Part shown: in pieces, positions 1 through 14,071 of the stretch
Position numbering within the stretch: the stretch's first letter is position 1
Layout: each line of letters starts with the position of its first letter
NCBI GenBank assembly: GCA_951406725.2
Contig: OX597822.1
Coordinates: forward strand, 52,080,001-52,144,000
DNA: 64,000 bases
Direction: 5' to 3'
From: Octopus vulgaris
Lineage: Eukaryota
Made by a program: the position numbers and the translations under genes
Notes under the pieces: model-generated
The model's input: the letters and a program-made list of their open reading frames with translations, nothing else
The model's database searches: none
What the model was told of the DNA's origin: nothing

Positions 1-154
1 GAAAAGAGGTAAACCGACCAATAAAAAAAATCTTCACATCTGATTTAGCGTTTTATAGAGATGCATAAGTTCTAACAATATTTTTATCCTCACCACACTC
101 ACTCTTCCTTTTCTTTCTATCTAGCACCATCTATCTCTCTTTTTTCTGTCTTTC

Positions 155-216
<62 letters not shown>

Positions 217-396
217 ACATGCACACACACATACATATGTGGTGTAGCAGTGTGATAACTAGTTTGCTTCCGAACCACATGGTTTCGGTTTCAGTCACAG
301 TACCTGGCACCTCGGGCAATTGTCTTCTATTATAGCATCGAGTAGAAAGCAGTCTTGTGATTGGATTTGACAGACGGAAGCTGTAAGATGCCTGTC

Positions 397-439
<43 letters not shown>

Positions 440-442
<3 letters not shown>

Positions 443-716
443 AGCGGACTTGCGGTCGTAGAATCGCGGTTTCGATTCCCAGACCGGGCGTTGTGAGTGT
501 TTATTGAGCAAAAACACCAAAAGCACCACGAGTCTCCGGCAGAGAGTGGTGGCGAACCCTGCTGTACTCTTTCACCACAACTTTATCTCACTCTTTCTTC
601 TGTCGGCCTGCTTGCTTAGCCAACGTGGCGGGGCGTCATTTGAAGGCTAAAACAATGCGAAGCGCATTATGACCAGCGATGTGTAGCAACATCTGATGGC
701 CTGGTCGGTCACGTGA
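440..716 (+). mobile_element. tRNA-derived SINE family C
   Basis: B-box GGTTTCGATTCCC. Related copies at 3055-3366 (-) and 17085-17375 (-). Confidence 0.78.
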
Positions 717-722
717 TATATA

Positions 723-1212
<490 letters not shown>

Positions 1213-1646
1213 AACACACACACACACACATATACACACGCATATATATATATATGTGTGTGTGTGTGTGTTTGTTTTTTTGTTGGTCCCCCACCACACC
1301 ACTTGACAACGGGTACTGGTGTGTTTATGTCTCCGTAACTTAGAAGTTCACCCTAAGAGACTTATACAATGAGTACCAGGCATTAAACAAGAAATAGGCA
1401 CCGGGATTCTACCAAGTGTAAAACAGTCCATCACATGTCGTATACTACGTCGGTGTCCCTACAAGGAGTTAAGTTCCATGGCACATACAACATATATACA
1501 TATACAAACATGCACACACACACACATGTGTGTGTGTGTGCGTTATAGAATTGTGTAGGTAGGTAGGCAGACAAGTAGGAAGGTAGGTAGGTAGGTAGGT
1601 AGGTAGATAGGTAGGTAGGTAGGTAGGTATATATGTAGGTATATCA

Positions 1647-2063
1647 GGCGGCGAGCTGGCAGAAACGTTAGCACGCCGGGCGAAATGCGTAGCCGTATTT
1701 CGTCTGCCGTTACGCTCTGAGTTCAAATTCCGCCGAGGTCGACTTTGCCTTTTATCCTTTCGGGGTCGATAAATTAAGTACCAGTTACGCACTGAGGTCG
1801 ATATAATCGACTTCATCCGTTTGTCTGTCCTTGTTTGTCCTCTCTGTGTTTAGCCCCTTGTGGGTAATAAAGAAATAAGTATTTCATCTGCCGCTACGTT
1901 CTGAGTTCAAATTCCGCCGAGGTCGACTTTGCCTTTCATCCTTTCGGGGTCGATTAAATAAGTACCAGTTACGTACTGGGGTCGATATAGTCGACTTAAT
2001 CCGTTTCTCTGTCCTTGTTTGTCCTCTCTTTGTTAGCCCCTTTTGGGTAGTAAAGAAATAGGT
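1647..2063 (+). mobile_element. tRNA-derived SINE family A (GGCGGCGAGCTGGCAGAA head), monomer plus head-less second unit
   Basis: A/B-box-like head and conserved GCCTTTCATCCTTTCGGGGTCGATAAA core. Other copies at 16305, 48690, 51181 and 60191. Confidence 0.85.
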
Positions 2064-2489
2064 ATATATGTATGAATGCATGTACATATGTATGCATATA
2101 TATATATGTATGCGTGTATGCATACATATATACATGTGAGCTGTGTGTTTGCTTCAAATTATTGAGCAAATTGTAAGTGACGTGCATATGAATACATACA
2201 TACATACGTATATACATGAATACGTACGTACGTACATACATACATACATACATACATACATACATACATACATACATACATACATACATACATACATGCA
2301 TACATACATACAGAGGATGGACACATTTTTCGGTCACTTGAGATGTATTGCCTGTCGGCACCAGTGATAAACACATTTAAAGTAATGCAGTGTAGACATG
2401 TGCATAATATTCATGTTATGATTGCACTCCCTGAGCAATCATATGTAGTATTTTACGAAAATTTTATTAAAATCATGCCACTATATATT

Positions 2490-2900
2490 TCTAATAGTAA
2501 TCCACACAGTCGTGTTTCTTTTTGATCTCTTTTACTATTTGTTTGTTGTACCAGACAAATATATTTATTATAACATCTCTTTTGTTTCTCTCGCTCTTCT
2601 TTTGGCTCTTAAAATCCGATTCCATAATTATGCCTCGTGTTATTTCTGGTCCGTCATACACAATTTGTGCCATATTTTTCCATATAAGTGTGGTCTTCCC
2701 GCTCGCCGTTCCAATAGATTTTTTTCATGTCTCGCATCCATTCTTTGACTGTTTTTGACACGTGAATGCAACAGTTATCTTGCTGGAGAATAAACTTATT
2801 TCCCATTCATTCTATAATACAGGATAAGACTCTCTTTTCTAACAGCTTGATGTAGCCCATGATGTTCAACGTTCCTTTCAGCAAAAATATCAATATGGGA
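2490..2900 (-). pseudogene. Tc1-like transposase relic
   Basis: GTLNIMGYIKLLEK...NKFILQQDNCCIHVSKTVKEWMRD...IWKNMAQIVYDGP, resembling the QQDNAxxH catalytic region. Confidence 0.68.
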
Positions 2901-3054
2901 AGACCATGCTACGTAATTCATATCAAAATACGCAAAATGTGTTCGCAGTACAAAGAAAAATGAAACACGCATCTTTCAGTCAATTCGATGTACGTGCTTA
3001 GCTACTTTTAGTAGCTGCACAAAAAAAGAACTTTCTAAAAGTACTGTTTCACTT

Positions 3055-3366
3055 TTTTTTAAGCCCTTTTCAAGCTTAGCCAGGCTCACGAGCCCGGTTT
3101 CCCGGTTTCTGTGGTGTATGTGTTCACCCCAGCTGGACGGGTCGCCAGTGCATCGCAGCGTTACTCAAGAAACAGGAAGAGAGAGTGAGAGAAAGTTGTG
3201 GCGAAACAGTACGACAGGGGTCACCACCACCCCCTGCCGGAGCATCGTGGAGTTTTTTTTAGGTGTTTTCGCTCAATAAACACACACCACGCCCGGTCTG
3301 GGAATCGAAACCGCGATCCTCCGACCGTGAGTCCGCTGCCCTAACCAATGGGCCATTGCGCCTCCA
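3055..3366 (-). mobile_element. SINE family C
   Basis: tRNA-like head GGAGGCGCAATGGCCCATTGGTTAGGGCAGCGGAC on the minus strand. Confidence 0.8.
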
Positions 3367-3404
3367 CACTGTCTGAAAAAATTTACCAGCCTCCTTTATG
3401 AATA

Positions 3405-3750
3405 CCCTGCGCGTTCACTGGAGCTCACATCCTATGACATTTACATGGGGATACTTAAAAGCTAAAGTTTTCGGTACAAAACCGACAGCATTCGACGAAC
3501 TGAGGCCAGCCAGTCAACGAGAATGTGCACAAATGCAGAACGAGATGCTTTTTGATGATTAGACTTCATCGCTTCCACGTGATCAGGAGCACCTGGACCA
3601 GAACGGTAATTACTTTAAAAAAACCGCATTCGTAAGATAATTAAATTCTATTTGTATAGAGCCTATTAACTTTTGAAAATGAAATGCATTTTAATAAATG
3701 CTGACTTAATAGTCACTGAATGTCTGTATATATTTTTTTTAAACACCCTG
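3405..3750 (+). mobile_element. 3' part of a mariner/maT (DD37D-like) transposon with right TIR
   Basis: PARSLELTSYD..WGYLKAKVFGTKP...DELR, resembling PPRSPDLTPxDFFLWGYLK. Ends in AAACACCCTG|TA. Confidence 0.62.
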
Positions 3751-3791
3751 TATATGTTTATATATGTATTTGTGTTTGCGTGTGTGCGTGC

Positions 3792-3827
<36 letters not shown>

Positions 3828-4724
3828 ATGAGCACATTCACATACACTTTATATTCTGCTTTGTATTGACACTAAGGGCAAACAGTTTTCCTCCGCCATA
3901 TGAGTTAACATCCATATCTTCTATACCCAAACACAGGACATTTGATTAATAGATTTATGCATTACACTTGAAGGGCGGCAGATTTGCGCCTGTCTAATAC
4001 GAAATTCGTAGTCAGTAACGAGTTATGCACTGAATCCTTTGTATTAATTTTCCATGTGTATAATGAATTGAGAATCATGTAATCTCCATAATAAATAATA
4101 TTTACAGTTTAATATTCGGTAAGCGCTGTCTTGCCTACACAGATAACATATCCCTCCCATATCTATCTATCAAGATATATAAATAAATATAGGATGATAT
4201 TATTTAAAATACCATCACGAATGGTAAGCGAAATATCAGCCATACAGGCAAATTAATAAAATATATACATACAATATTATATATATACATATATACACAA
4301 GGGTACTACATGAGTACCTATATCGCTAAAAAATAGAAGTCAAAAAGTACTTCTGTACCACTGAATAGTTACAAATCTATTACAGACATGATAGGAAAAA
4401 ATATCAGTGAACAATAATAATGTCGAATCTTTTCACTTTTATCGGCAGATCGAGAAATTAATTTTTTTGTAACTAAACACTTTCAAACTTCGGACACTGG
4501 TAGAATGTGTCATATAAAACACCTTTTAGTCTTAGCGTTGTTGAGAAAAGTTTCTATTTACGAAGTTATTTCGTGTTAAAATTGTATTTGTTTTATTTCA
4601 ACCAATCAATAACGTGTATTCAGTGGAATAAAATTACTGCTGTTGTTTGTCAACGACAACTTCCGGCGGTGTATATTTCGTTTTTCACTGTTATTTATGA
4701 CATCGTTCGTGCGTTTGTGCTGGT

Positions 4725-4785
4725 TTTAGCCTTAGGGTTTTAGGGCTAGGGTTAGGGTTTTAGGGTTAAGGTTAGTGTTTTAGGC
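4725..4785 (+). repeat. Degenerate interstitial TTAGGG-like repeats
   Basis: ttagggttttagggctagggttagggttttagggttaaggttagtgttttagg. Confidence 0.75.
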
Positions 4786-5524
4786 GGATGTGCTTGTGAA
4801 AATAATTGATGTATGTGAAAATAATTAATGTATGTAACTTTGGGTAAGCAATTTTAATATACTTGAAAATAAGGACTTGTTATATTTTCTGATTATGACG
4901 ATGCGAGAGAAAGTTAGTTAATGAACGAACAAAAAAAAACGAAAGAAAGAGAAGGTACAGGAAACGATTAAATCAAGAGCATTAGGGGGGAAAAATCACT
5001 TAAGCGAGTATGGAAGTAACAGTTAAGAGAAAGAAGTTCACAAGAAAAAGAGAAAAATACGAATGAAATTATACGAAAACAATTGTCTGATAAACTATGG
5101 AGCGATATTGAAAATATAATCTATTATAGACACAACTGTTATATTATTCACCAGATAATTGGGTGGAAAATAAATATTTTAAATCGAATATGTTATCTAT
5201 AATATTATTCTGCTATGCTTTATGTATACAATGCTTAACTATAGAAGGAAATTGAAGACATAATTTTCTGAAGAGAGAACTTATATTTTATTCATAAGAT
5301 AGTTTACTGTTAAGCTATGCGATATACTCGTAAACATATATTGTAGGTAAAAAAATCGACTGTGAAATATATATACACATCATGTCTATAAAACGATTCT
5401 TCTACTGTATGGACATGTAGACTAGACCGAAACCGAAGATATAATCAATTATATTGTTAATATTAAGCATGACGATTGAAAAACTAATATTTTAAGCTAA
5501 TTGCGACACCATATAAATAAATAA

Positions 5525-5584
<60 letters not shown>

Positions 5585-6142
5585 ACAGTTATGCTACTCT
5601 GATTCACGGTGACTGAAAATTTAATTCCAGCCTTAAGCAAATTACACTCATATGAAAATAGAAATATAGATCGTCATATTAAAGTTTAACAAGGTGTTAT
5701 CGCAATAGTTGTATCGTAGCAAAGAAGTCATTACTTTGATATCAAGTCTTAGTTGGTGGACAGTCGAAGATCAGTGAACCCATATTTCCTCGTGAGCAAA
5801 TATTTGTAGCTCCGTGTGTAGTGCGATCACTTCATGTCATAACGATAAAAACAATAAGTAGCGCTTATTATATATTTATATGACACTGGAGAGCTGGCTC
5901 ATAAATTATGTATTATGTCATTTTGCACAACTATCAATGAAAATACACCTGGTATCCATTGCATAATTCGGACATAATCTTCACTGAAACATGTGTAAGA
6001 CGTCGTAAATAGTTAGTTTATTACACAACTCTCTAAGACATCATTTCCCTTATAAGTATTAACATAAAAGGAAAATATAAAATATATATAAATATCGAAG
6101 AGAATATATATGTATATGTGTGCGTATAAATATATATATATA

Positions 6143-6344
6143 CTCTCTTTTATGCTTTTACTTGTTTCAGTCATTTGACTGCGGCCATGCAGGAGCACCG
6201 CCTTTAGTCGAGCAACTCGACTTATTCGGAGTTATTATTTGGAAGCCTAGTACTTATTCTATCGGTCTCTTTTGCCGAACCGCTAGGTTACGGGGACGTA
6301 AATACACCACCAACGGTTGTCAAGCGATGTTGGAGGGGCAAACA

Positions 6345-6410
<66 letters not shown>

Positions 6411-6556
6411 CGACGGGCTCCATTCAGTTTCCGTCTACTAGACACCGATAGAATAAGTACTAGTCTTACAAAGTATAAGTCCTGTGGTCGATTTGCACGA
6501 CTGAAGGCGGTGCTCCAGCATGGCCGCAGTCAAATGACTAAAACAAATAACAGAAT
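6143..6556. mobile_element. Two SINE family B 3' parts in inverted orientation
   Basis: 6143-6440 (minus) is directly followed by 6441-6556 (plus). Confidence 0.8.
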
Positions 6557-6678
6557 ATATATATATACATATTACATTATATTATATTATATTATATTAG
6601 AGAAAAAAGTCAAAACCAAGGCAGTACGAGTATATCAAGTGATTTAGAATAATTTGAATAGGGTAAGGTAAACTTGAA

Positions 6679-6753
6679 GTCTTACAGCTGTTTCTGGGAT
6701 AACCAAGTGGTTGGTTAGCATGTCGATGCACTAGGTATCCTGTCATCAGAGAC
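6679..6753 (-). ncRNA. Type I hammerhead ribozyme with canonical core
   Basis: GUCU-CUGAUGA-[helix II GGAUA/UAUCC with long insert]-GAAACAGCUGUA-AGAC, with palindromic ACAGCUGU. Confidence 0.75.
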
Positions 6754-7463
6754 AAGGTATGAATATTTCAGACGGGGAAAATTTATAGTTTACAAGTACT
6801 AAAATGTATTTAATATACAAAATAGATATGTGTGCATATTCACTTTTCACGCGAAAGCGGTTTCACCAAATGCTATCATAGTTATGAGGCATGGATAATT
6901 TCACCTCGGTCGTATAATAGGCTGTTCATTTGATTTTTTAATTAAAAGTTATTAAAAATTAAAAAAATATTGCTTTTTATATCACACTCACATCTTTGAA
7001 AGTTTTAAAATATCTACTTCCGGTTTTCTAGGGTCACTGACGTAATATATCTCTTTATATATAGCTCTCTATCCATCTATCTTTATCTATCTCTATCTCT
7101 CTGCAACATACCTCTCTATCAATATCTCTTGTTTTCGCTTTCATTTTTGAGACGCTATTCTTTTCACTTTCAATTTTCCTACGCCACTGTTTAACCTGCA
7201 TTCTATTGTTTTCACTGTACGTTCAAGTTATCAATCGCTATTTACAAACAAACTACGACAAATTACTGACAGAAACAAGTTCACAATTATTCATGTAACT
7301 AATTTCATAATTTATTGACAGAAGTATCTGAATAAATTTCACTTCAATCCGTACGGTTTTATGTTTTTTCTGTTGTTGACGTTTTTTTTCTTTTCTCTGG
7401 TTCCTTCGATACTAGCTCTTTGGTTCACCGAGTGGCAAATTTTGCATCAACCCGTACAATACC

Positions 7464-7747
7464 TTTAATAGGTAATTTTTACATGCTAGAAGAAGCAGTC
7501 AAAACGACTAAATCCACATTTAAGGGCAATTTTCGAAGGGAATGAAAAATAAAATATTTTACCTTGTTATCTAGGCAAATTTTGCTAGCAAATTTTATTT
7601 GCTAAAATAATCTGAAACCAAGGTATAACCGTAAAAGATAACAAGGTAAAAGTTTTTATTTTTCATTCCCTTCGAAAATTGCTCTTAAAATGTGGATTTG
7701 GTCGTTTTTGACTGCTTCTTCTAGCGTGTAAAAATTACCTATTAAAG
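7464..7747. repeat. Fold-back inverted repeat, ~108-bp arms (MITE-like)
   Basis: ctttaataggtaatttttac...accttgttatct versus agataacaaggt...aaaaattacctattaaag. Confidence 0.88.
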
Positions 7748-7891
7748 ATAGTTTTCTCATGTGTTTAAGTGTACAATATTTTATATTGAGTATATATATA
7801 TGTATATGTATATGTACATATACGCGTGTATATATAAGAGTAGTTATATATATATATGCAAATATACGCGTATATATATAAGAGTATATAA

Positions 7892-7955
<64 letters not shown>

Positions 7956-8374
7956 GTATGTATAATATATATATGTATATATATACACTTGCATATATAT
8001 GTGTAGATACTAAACAAGGACAATCAGAAAATGTTATTCGTGTTGTACAAGTGCTTATCAATATATTCCAATGCCGTGCAAAGAGATTCTTATGATGACT
8101 TCATTCGTCATTTTGTCGACTGAGAGTCCTATGGAGATGAAGGAGTGAAGATGTGTGAAAACCTATCCATTTGGAAACGCCCAGTAAATTACAAGTTTGG
8201 TATGTTACCTATGCTCTAAACCATACAGAAATGCCTTTGACATCAAGGAAGCACAAAGTAACGACAATCATCTTTGAGGATGGTGCAATTTCAGTATATG
8301 TATATATACTTATATGTATACATGTCTATATGTGTGTACATATGTTTATGTATACATGCATACATACATATAGT

Positions 8375-8429
<55 letters not shown>

Positions 8430-8758
8430 TAGCAGTATTGCCCGTTTTTATATCTTGATTTTTTATTTTTCATGCAATTTAAAATGCTTGCACGCGTGGT
8501 GAACACAGTTCACGTCAAACAGCTGACTGAATAAAGTTCACTATTCAATGCATGGGATAAGGCCTAAACAAACACATTATCGATGTTTGCACTTGCAAGA
8601 TAAATTTCGGAACAGAAATAGAGCAGTTCAATTTTCATTCGCCTAAACTTTAAGAGACCCATTTTTGATGGTTCTACGATTTGTTGGTTAGGAGATGTGC
8701 CGGGAAGTTAAACACACAGACACATACACAGACACATACACAGACACACAAGTTGAGT

Positions 8759-8820
<62 letters not shown>

Positions 8821-8856
8821 TGTGTGTGTGTGTGCGTGTGTGTGTGTGTGTGTGTA

Positions 8857-9112
8857 GAGGCGCATGGCTTAGTGGTTTGGGTGTCAGCACCATGATCGTA
8901 AGATTGTGGTTTCGATTCCTGCACCGGGCGACGCGTTGTGTTCTTGAGCAAAACACTTCATTTCACCCCGTTGCTCCAGTCCACTCAGCTCGCAAAAATG
9001 AGTAACGCTGCGATGGACTGCCGTCCCGTCCAGCTGGGGAACACATACGCCATAGAAACCGGGAAACCGGGACCATGAGCCTGTCAAAGCTTTAAAACGA
9101 CGCATTTATTTT
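8857..9112 (+). mobile_element. tRNA-derived SINE family D (CORE-like + V-SINE-like GCGATGGACTG.CGTCCCGTCCAG)
   Basis: Related copies at 35556-35790, 53594-53830 and 17690-17882 (-). Confidence 0.8.
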
Positions 9113-9171
9113 AAATGGCTTTCCCCAGCATGGCCACAGCTCGTGAGCTGAAACTAAATAAATAAATAAAT

Positions 9172-9238
<67 letters not shown>

Positions 9239-9460
9239 CATGCATATATATACTCATGTATATATACATATATATGTATATAAATATACATATATATACC
9301 TACATAGGTATATATACGTACATGATTATATATATATAAATATATATATGCATATATGTATGTATATATATGCATGTATATACATGTATATATATATGTA
9401 TACATATACATATATATACATATGCATATATATATGTATAAATATATATATATATATATG

Positions 9461-9494
<34 letters not shown>

Positions 9495-9500
<6 letters not shown>

Positions 9501-10295
9501 AGAGGGTACTATAATTCATAGGTACCGCACGCTAGGAGGGACTCTTGCAGTCAAAACTACTAAAATAAACAAATTGTACCGAATGCAAAACTTCAAAGCA
9601 AGTCATTTCAAAACAGAATTTAGTTACATATCACCTGTGATTTCGCAATCAATGCAGAATATGCATTCTATGCTCTTCATTGAAACGAACTCAAGACATG
9701 TAAGGAAAAAACACAATATAGCATACCCGACAGCCAACCGTAGAATTCGGCGTAGCATGTACGAATGTTTATCTTTACATATTTATGAAAATGGCGGGCT
9801 TATTCGCAATGCATTTCGATAACAATTTGCCTATTCGGAACAAAAATTCAGTATTGAACTATTCCGGTGAAAAATATAAATTTAAAATTAAGGATAAAAT
9901 CTTTATTAGAAATTATCAGTAGTTAGCGTGAAAGACCTCGGTTGGCTGTCGGGTATGCTATGTTGCGTTTTTTCCTTACATGTCTTGAGTTCGTTTCAAT
10001 GAAGAGCATAGAATGCATATTCTGCATTGATTGCGAAATCACAGGTGATATGTAACTAAATTCTGTTTTTAAATGACTTGCTTTGAATTTTTGCATTCGG
10101 TACAATTTGTTTATTTTAGTAGTTTTGACTGCAAGAGTCCCTCTTAGCGTGCGGTACCTATGAATAATAGTACCCTCTATATAATATAAATAAATATTTT
10201 CAAAGTGGAAAAATTTACAGATTTTTTCTCTTACGAGGTTTTTCACGCTAACTAATGATAATTTCTTATAAAGATTTTATCATTAATTTTAAAAT
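9495..10295. repeat. Interleaved inverted duplication
   Basis: 9495-9740 is inverted at 9938-10187, and ~9880-9939 is inverted at ~10235-10295. Confidence 0.92.
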
Positions 10296-12629
10296 ATATA
10301 TATATATATATATGTGTGTGTGTATATATATATATATGTATGTATGTATACATGCCTTGATATCTTTAACAACCGCCCTCTATTTTCGCTATAAAGATGC
10401 ACAGATTAAAAGCATCAAAACATTTATAAAATTCTTATATAGAAGTGAATATAGATCTACTTAAGCAGAAAATGAAAAGAGGTAAGTCTAGAAGAAATTG
10501 AATTTTATCAAGGAAATTGTGCGACAAAATAGCGAAATAGTAATTGCAAGAGTGAGAATGACTGAGATAGAGGAGAAATATTGTAGAGAGTGGGATTTGA
10601 GGAAGTTTGACTGCTACTTGTCACAGATGAGTGACAATATATCCGTTCTTTAGCTGATAGCACTAAAGTTCTCAAGAATTTGTTTTTGCTACATAACGTA
10701 ACAAATTAATTTAAATTGAACGGACATTTTGTTTGCTTTTAGTGTATGCGGAATCTCATCTTGGAGGATTAAGCTTTGTGAACTGGATACCCAGTTTTGG
10801 TTGTAATATTTAGTATATTTAGTATATTTAGTATATTTTGGTATATTTGAGAAAAATGCACCGAGATTATTTTAAGTGTTCGAGGAAACTTGGTTTAAGA
10901 TTTGTTGCTCTGTTGAGAGGAATTTGTATAACTTGGGACATTTACATGTCAAACCGTAGCAATGCAGATTCCTGACAAGAAAATTTGGAGACCTCGAATA
11001 GCAAATGTACAGCTTCGAAATACCATGAGCAGATTTCCGAAGGGTTGGATCCGAGAGTGTAAAGAATGAAAGAAGACTGACTAATTCATTGATATGAATT
11101 ATCTGCTATAACTTCACTACCAGATGCACTTTTACAGTCAGCCAGAGAACGGGTAGCTCACAGCCTCCTTCGAGAACGACAAAAATTTCAGTTCCTAAAT
11201 GTGGATTACATGGAAGTAGTCGAAGTCGAGGTCTACTCTCAATATACTTAAGTGGTGTTTTCACGCCTGGGTAGGTCAGTTATCTATTTTTTTTTAAATT
11301 TCACTTATTTATACATGCATACACATATATTCATTTTTGCCATATCTGATGATATTATTACTTTTATGTCATTATAAATAATAATAAATCGATATATATA
11401 GTATAAAGCGTCTTGTCCCAACCCATGATTTTAATATGACTTTTAATATGACCATTATTACACCTCACTTTTTTTATGAATGTATATTTTAAAGATACTA
11501 ATGACATTGAAAGAATTATTATTGTTGTTCTCATTATTATATGTTTTTGCTGACTTTGGGTGAACCTCATTTAATGTCGCTATTATATTAATTATATCGC
11601 GATCCATATGAAATCAGTTCCTTTCTTTTTCTTTTACGGTATTCACAAGCAAGAAACTAGAACTTTACGACTCTTACCCCATTACCTTGACTAAACAAAA
11701 CGATATTTTTTTTGCTTTCAATTTTTAACATTTTAAGATGGTATCTTCGACGATGCTAGCGACGAGAAGCAATATTCAGCAAGAATGTTGCTTTAATTTC
11801 GTCCTCAGAATTAGTGGATGGTGTCGATAACTGATTCTAAATAGCGACAATTAGTAACAAAAAAATCATAACACTTAAATAACAAATTTGTCAAAAGAAA
11901 AGATCACTTCACGAACGGTACCTGACAACGAAAGTAACATCGTTTGTTAATGCTGAAAACGAGGCAGAGATCCTGCGTATAATTCTGAATGTAAAGGATT
12001 TTAAGGCATGTATGCTACGATGTTATCATCCATTTTATCCGAATATTATGAGACATATCATGATATCGTCAGCCACTTTGATGATTTTACTGAAGAAACG
12101 ACATTGAGAAGAGAGGTATATTTCTGCCTATGCACGCACAGAGGACGCTCTCAAGGTATCATTTAAAGGGAGTTTTGGATAACCTTTTCAGTGCTGAGAT
12201 TTCCACTGAGGAAGGGCATATAGGAGTATATGCCTAGTCTTCAAGAGGATGTTACGAGAACACTAATCGAGTTCAAGCACTACACACTACCCCCAAATCA
12301 TGGGCTGCAATGCATTGAGTGTGTATCAAATGTTACACCCAGGGATATTACAGTAATGCTTAACCATCTGCTGTTGTCACCTTTGCGATATATGTGTGCG
12401 TGTGTGTGCTTGTGTGTGTATGCTTATGTATATGAATATACATGCATATACATACATGCACACTCACACTCACACACATACATACATATATATATATACA
12501 TACACATGCATATATATACATATGTGTACGTTATATACACATAAAATACTCATACACACATATATGTACATATACACATATATAGTGTGCGCGAGTATTA
12601 AGTTCTGGTCATTCTTATTTCATTCTTGA

Positions 12630-13680
12630 AGGACCTATTATTTTTGAGATTGCTTTTGTTTTCAATCTGCTCGGATTGCTTATCTGTATTTCCATTTCCT
12701 TATATTTGGAGTTTCTCTACTTCTTTTCGAGATACATTGTCTACTTTTAGGAATCGATATATCGATTAAGAGACACTTTTACTGGTGGTGCTCTTTGAGA
12801 ATAATAACTGATCGATTTGCCTTAATCTCCCTATCTGTATGATTTGGCATGTCTCAACCTATGGTCAATTTGTCATTCTCTTAAACTGATTCTGCAATGT
12901 GTGTACCACTTCCTTTCTTTCGGTATTTCAAAATCCTGTTATAGATTCCTTTGCATCAAGCATCTTATTATTCAAAAAAAGAATCAAACAAAAACGAAAC
13001 AACGAATTATTTTTCAGTAGCCTTATTGTAATTGTCTTCTTTCGCTGCACAACGGAGAGCAGTTCTATGTGCTTTGATTAAGTGCAGTGTTTTGTTACTG
13101 GTTTTATTCAGTATTGCATTCACTGTTCCTATTTTGTGTTTGGTTTGTTGTGTATATACCTAAGTACTGTATTTTTGATTACGTAGTGGCCTGCATCTTT
13201 TTTTAATCATTCTTATGGCTTCTATTAAGTATAGAGAATGTCTCTGTATTCAAACCTCTCATTCTCTTTTATGCTTATTTTATTTTTATTCTATTTATTT
13301 ATTTTTTGAGGTTTAAATAAGATCACCATTTCCTTCAGAATTAATTCTCGTCTATTGGGGCTAATACTTCGATCATAAAGCACTTCCTTTTCTGGTCGTC
13401 CTTGACAACAATATCCGGTCGATTAAGCTGGATTTCGCATCTGTGTGGATTAGTATACCCTACAGTATGGTCCGTTGGACATTCTCCGAAAGCTTTTCTC
13501 GTTTATGTTCCTTCTTTTTCTTTGTATTTTATTATGCTAACATATCGTTTTCTGCGTATGGAAGCCTTAATTATATTATGCTTGTAGATGCACTTTCTCT
13601 TGGCTAAGCCTGGACAATGACAATATAGTTTGTTCTTTCTTTTTAGCTTTCACTTATCCAGTTGCTGTTTTCTGCTTTCT
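12630..13680 (-). pseudogene. Two older degraded R4-clade REL endonuclease fragments
   Basis: HTDREIKANR...KCLLIDISIP..DNVSRKEVEKL at ~12700-12850, and IHTD..NRPDIVVKDDQKRKCFMIEV at ~13370-13470. Confidence 0.62.
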
Positions 13681-13917
13681 AGTGAGAAGGTAATTATTCT
13701 TATTAAAGCTGGCAGAATCGTCAGCACGTCGGGCAAAATGCTTTGCGGTATTTTGTCCGTCTCTACGTTCTGAGTTCAAATTGCGCCAAGGTTGACTTTG
13801 CCTTTCATCCTCATCCTTTCAGGGTTGATAGATTAAGTGCCAGTAAAACAATGGGGTCAATGTAATCGACTAGTCCCCTCCCCCAAAACTTCAAGCCTTG
13901 TGTCTATAGTAGAAAGG

Positions 13918-13989
<72 letters not shown>

Positions 13990-13999
13990 GTTGTTGTTG

Positions 14000-14070
<71 letters not shown>
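13918..14070. repeat. (ATT)n/(GTT)n microsatellite
   Basis: Direct reading. Confidence 0.95.

Positions 14071-14071
<1 letters not shown>

Noticed and set aside
8857-8930. tRNA gene calls for SINE heads
   Set aside because: They continue into shared SINE bodies and lack a complete cloverleaf.
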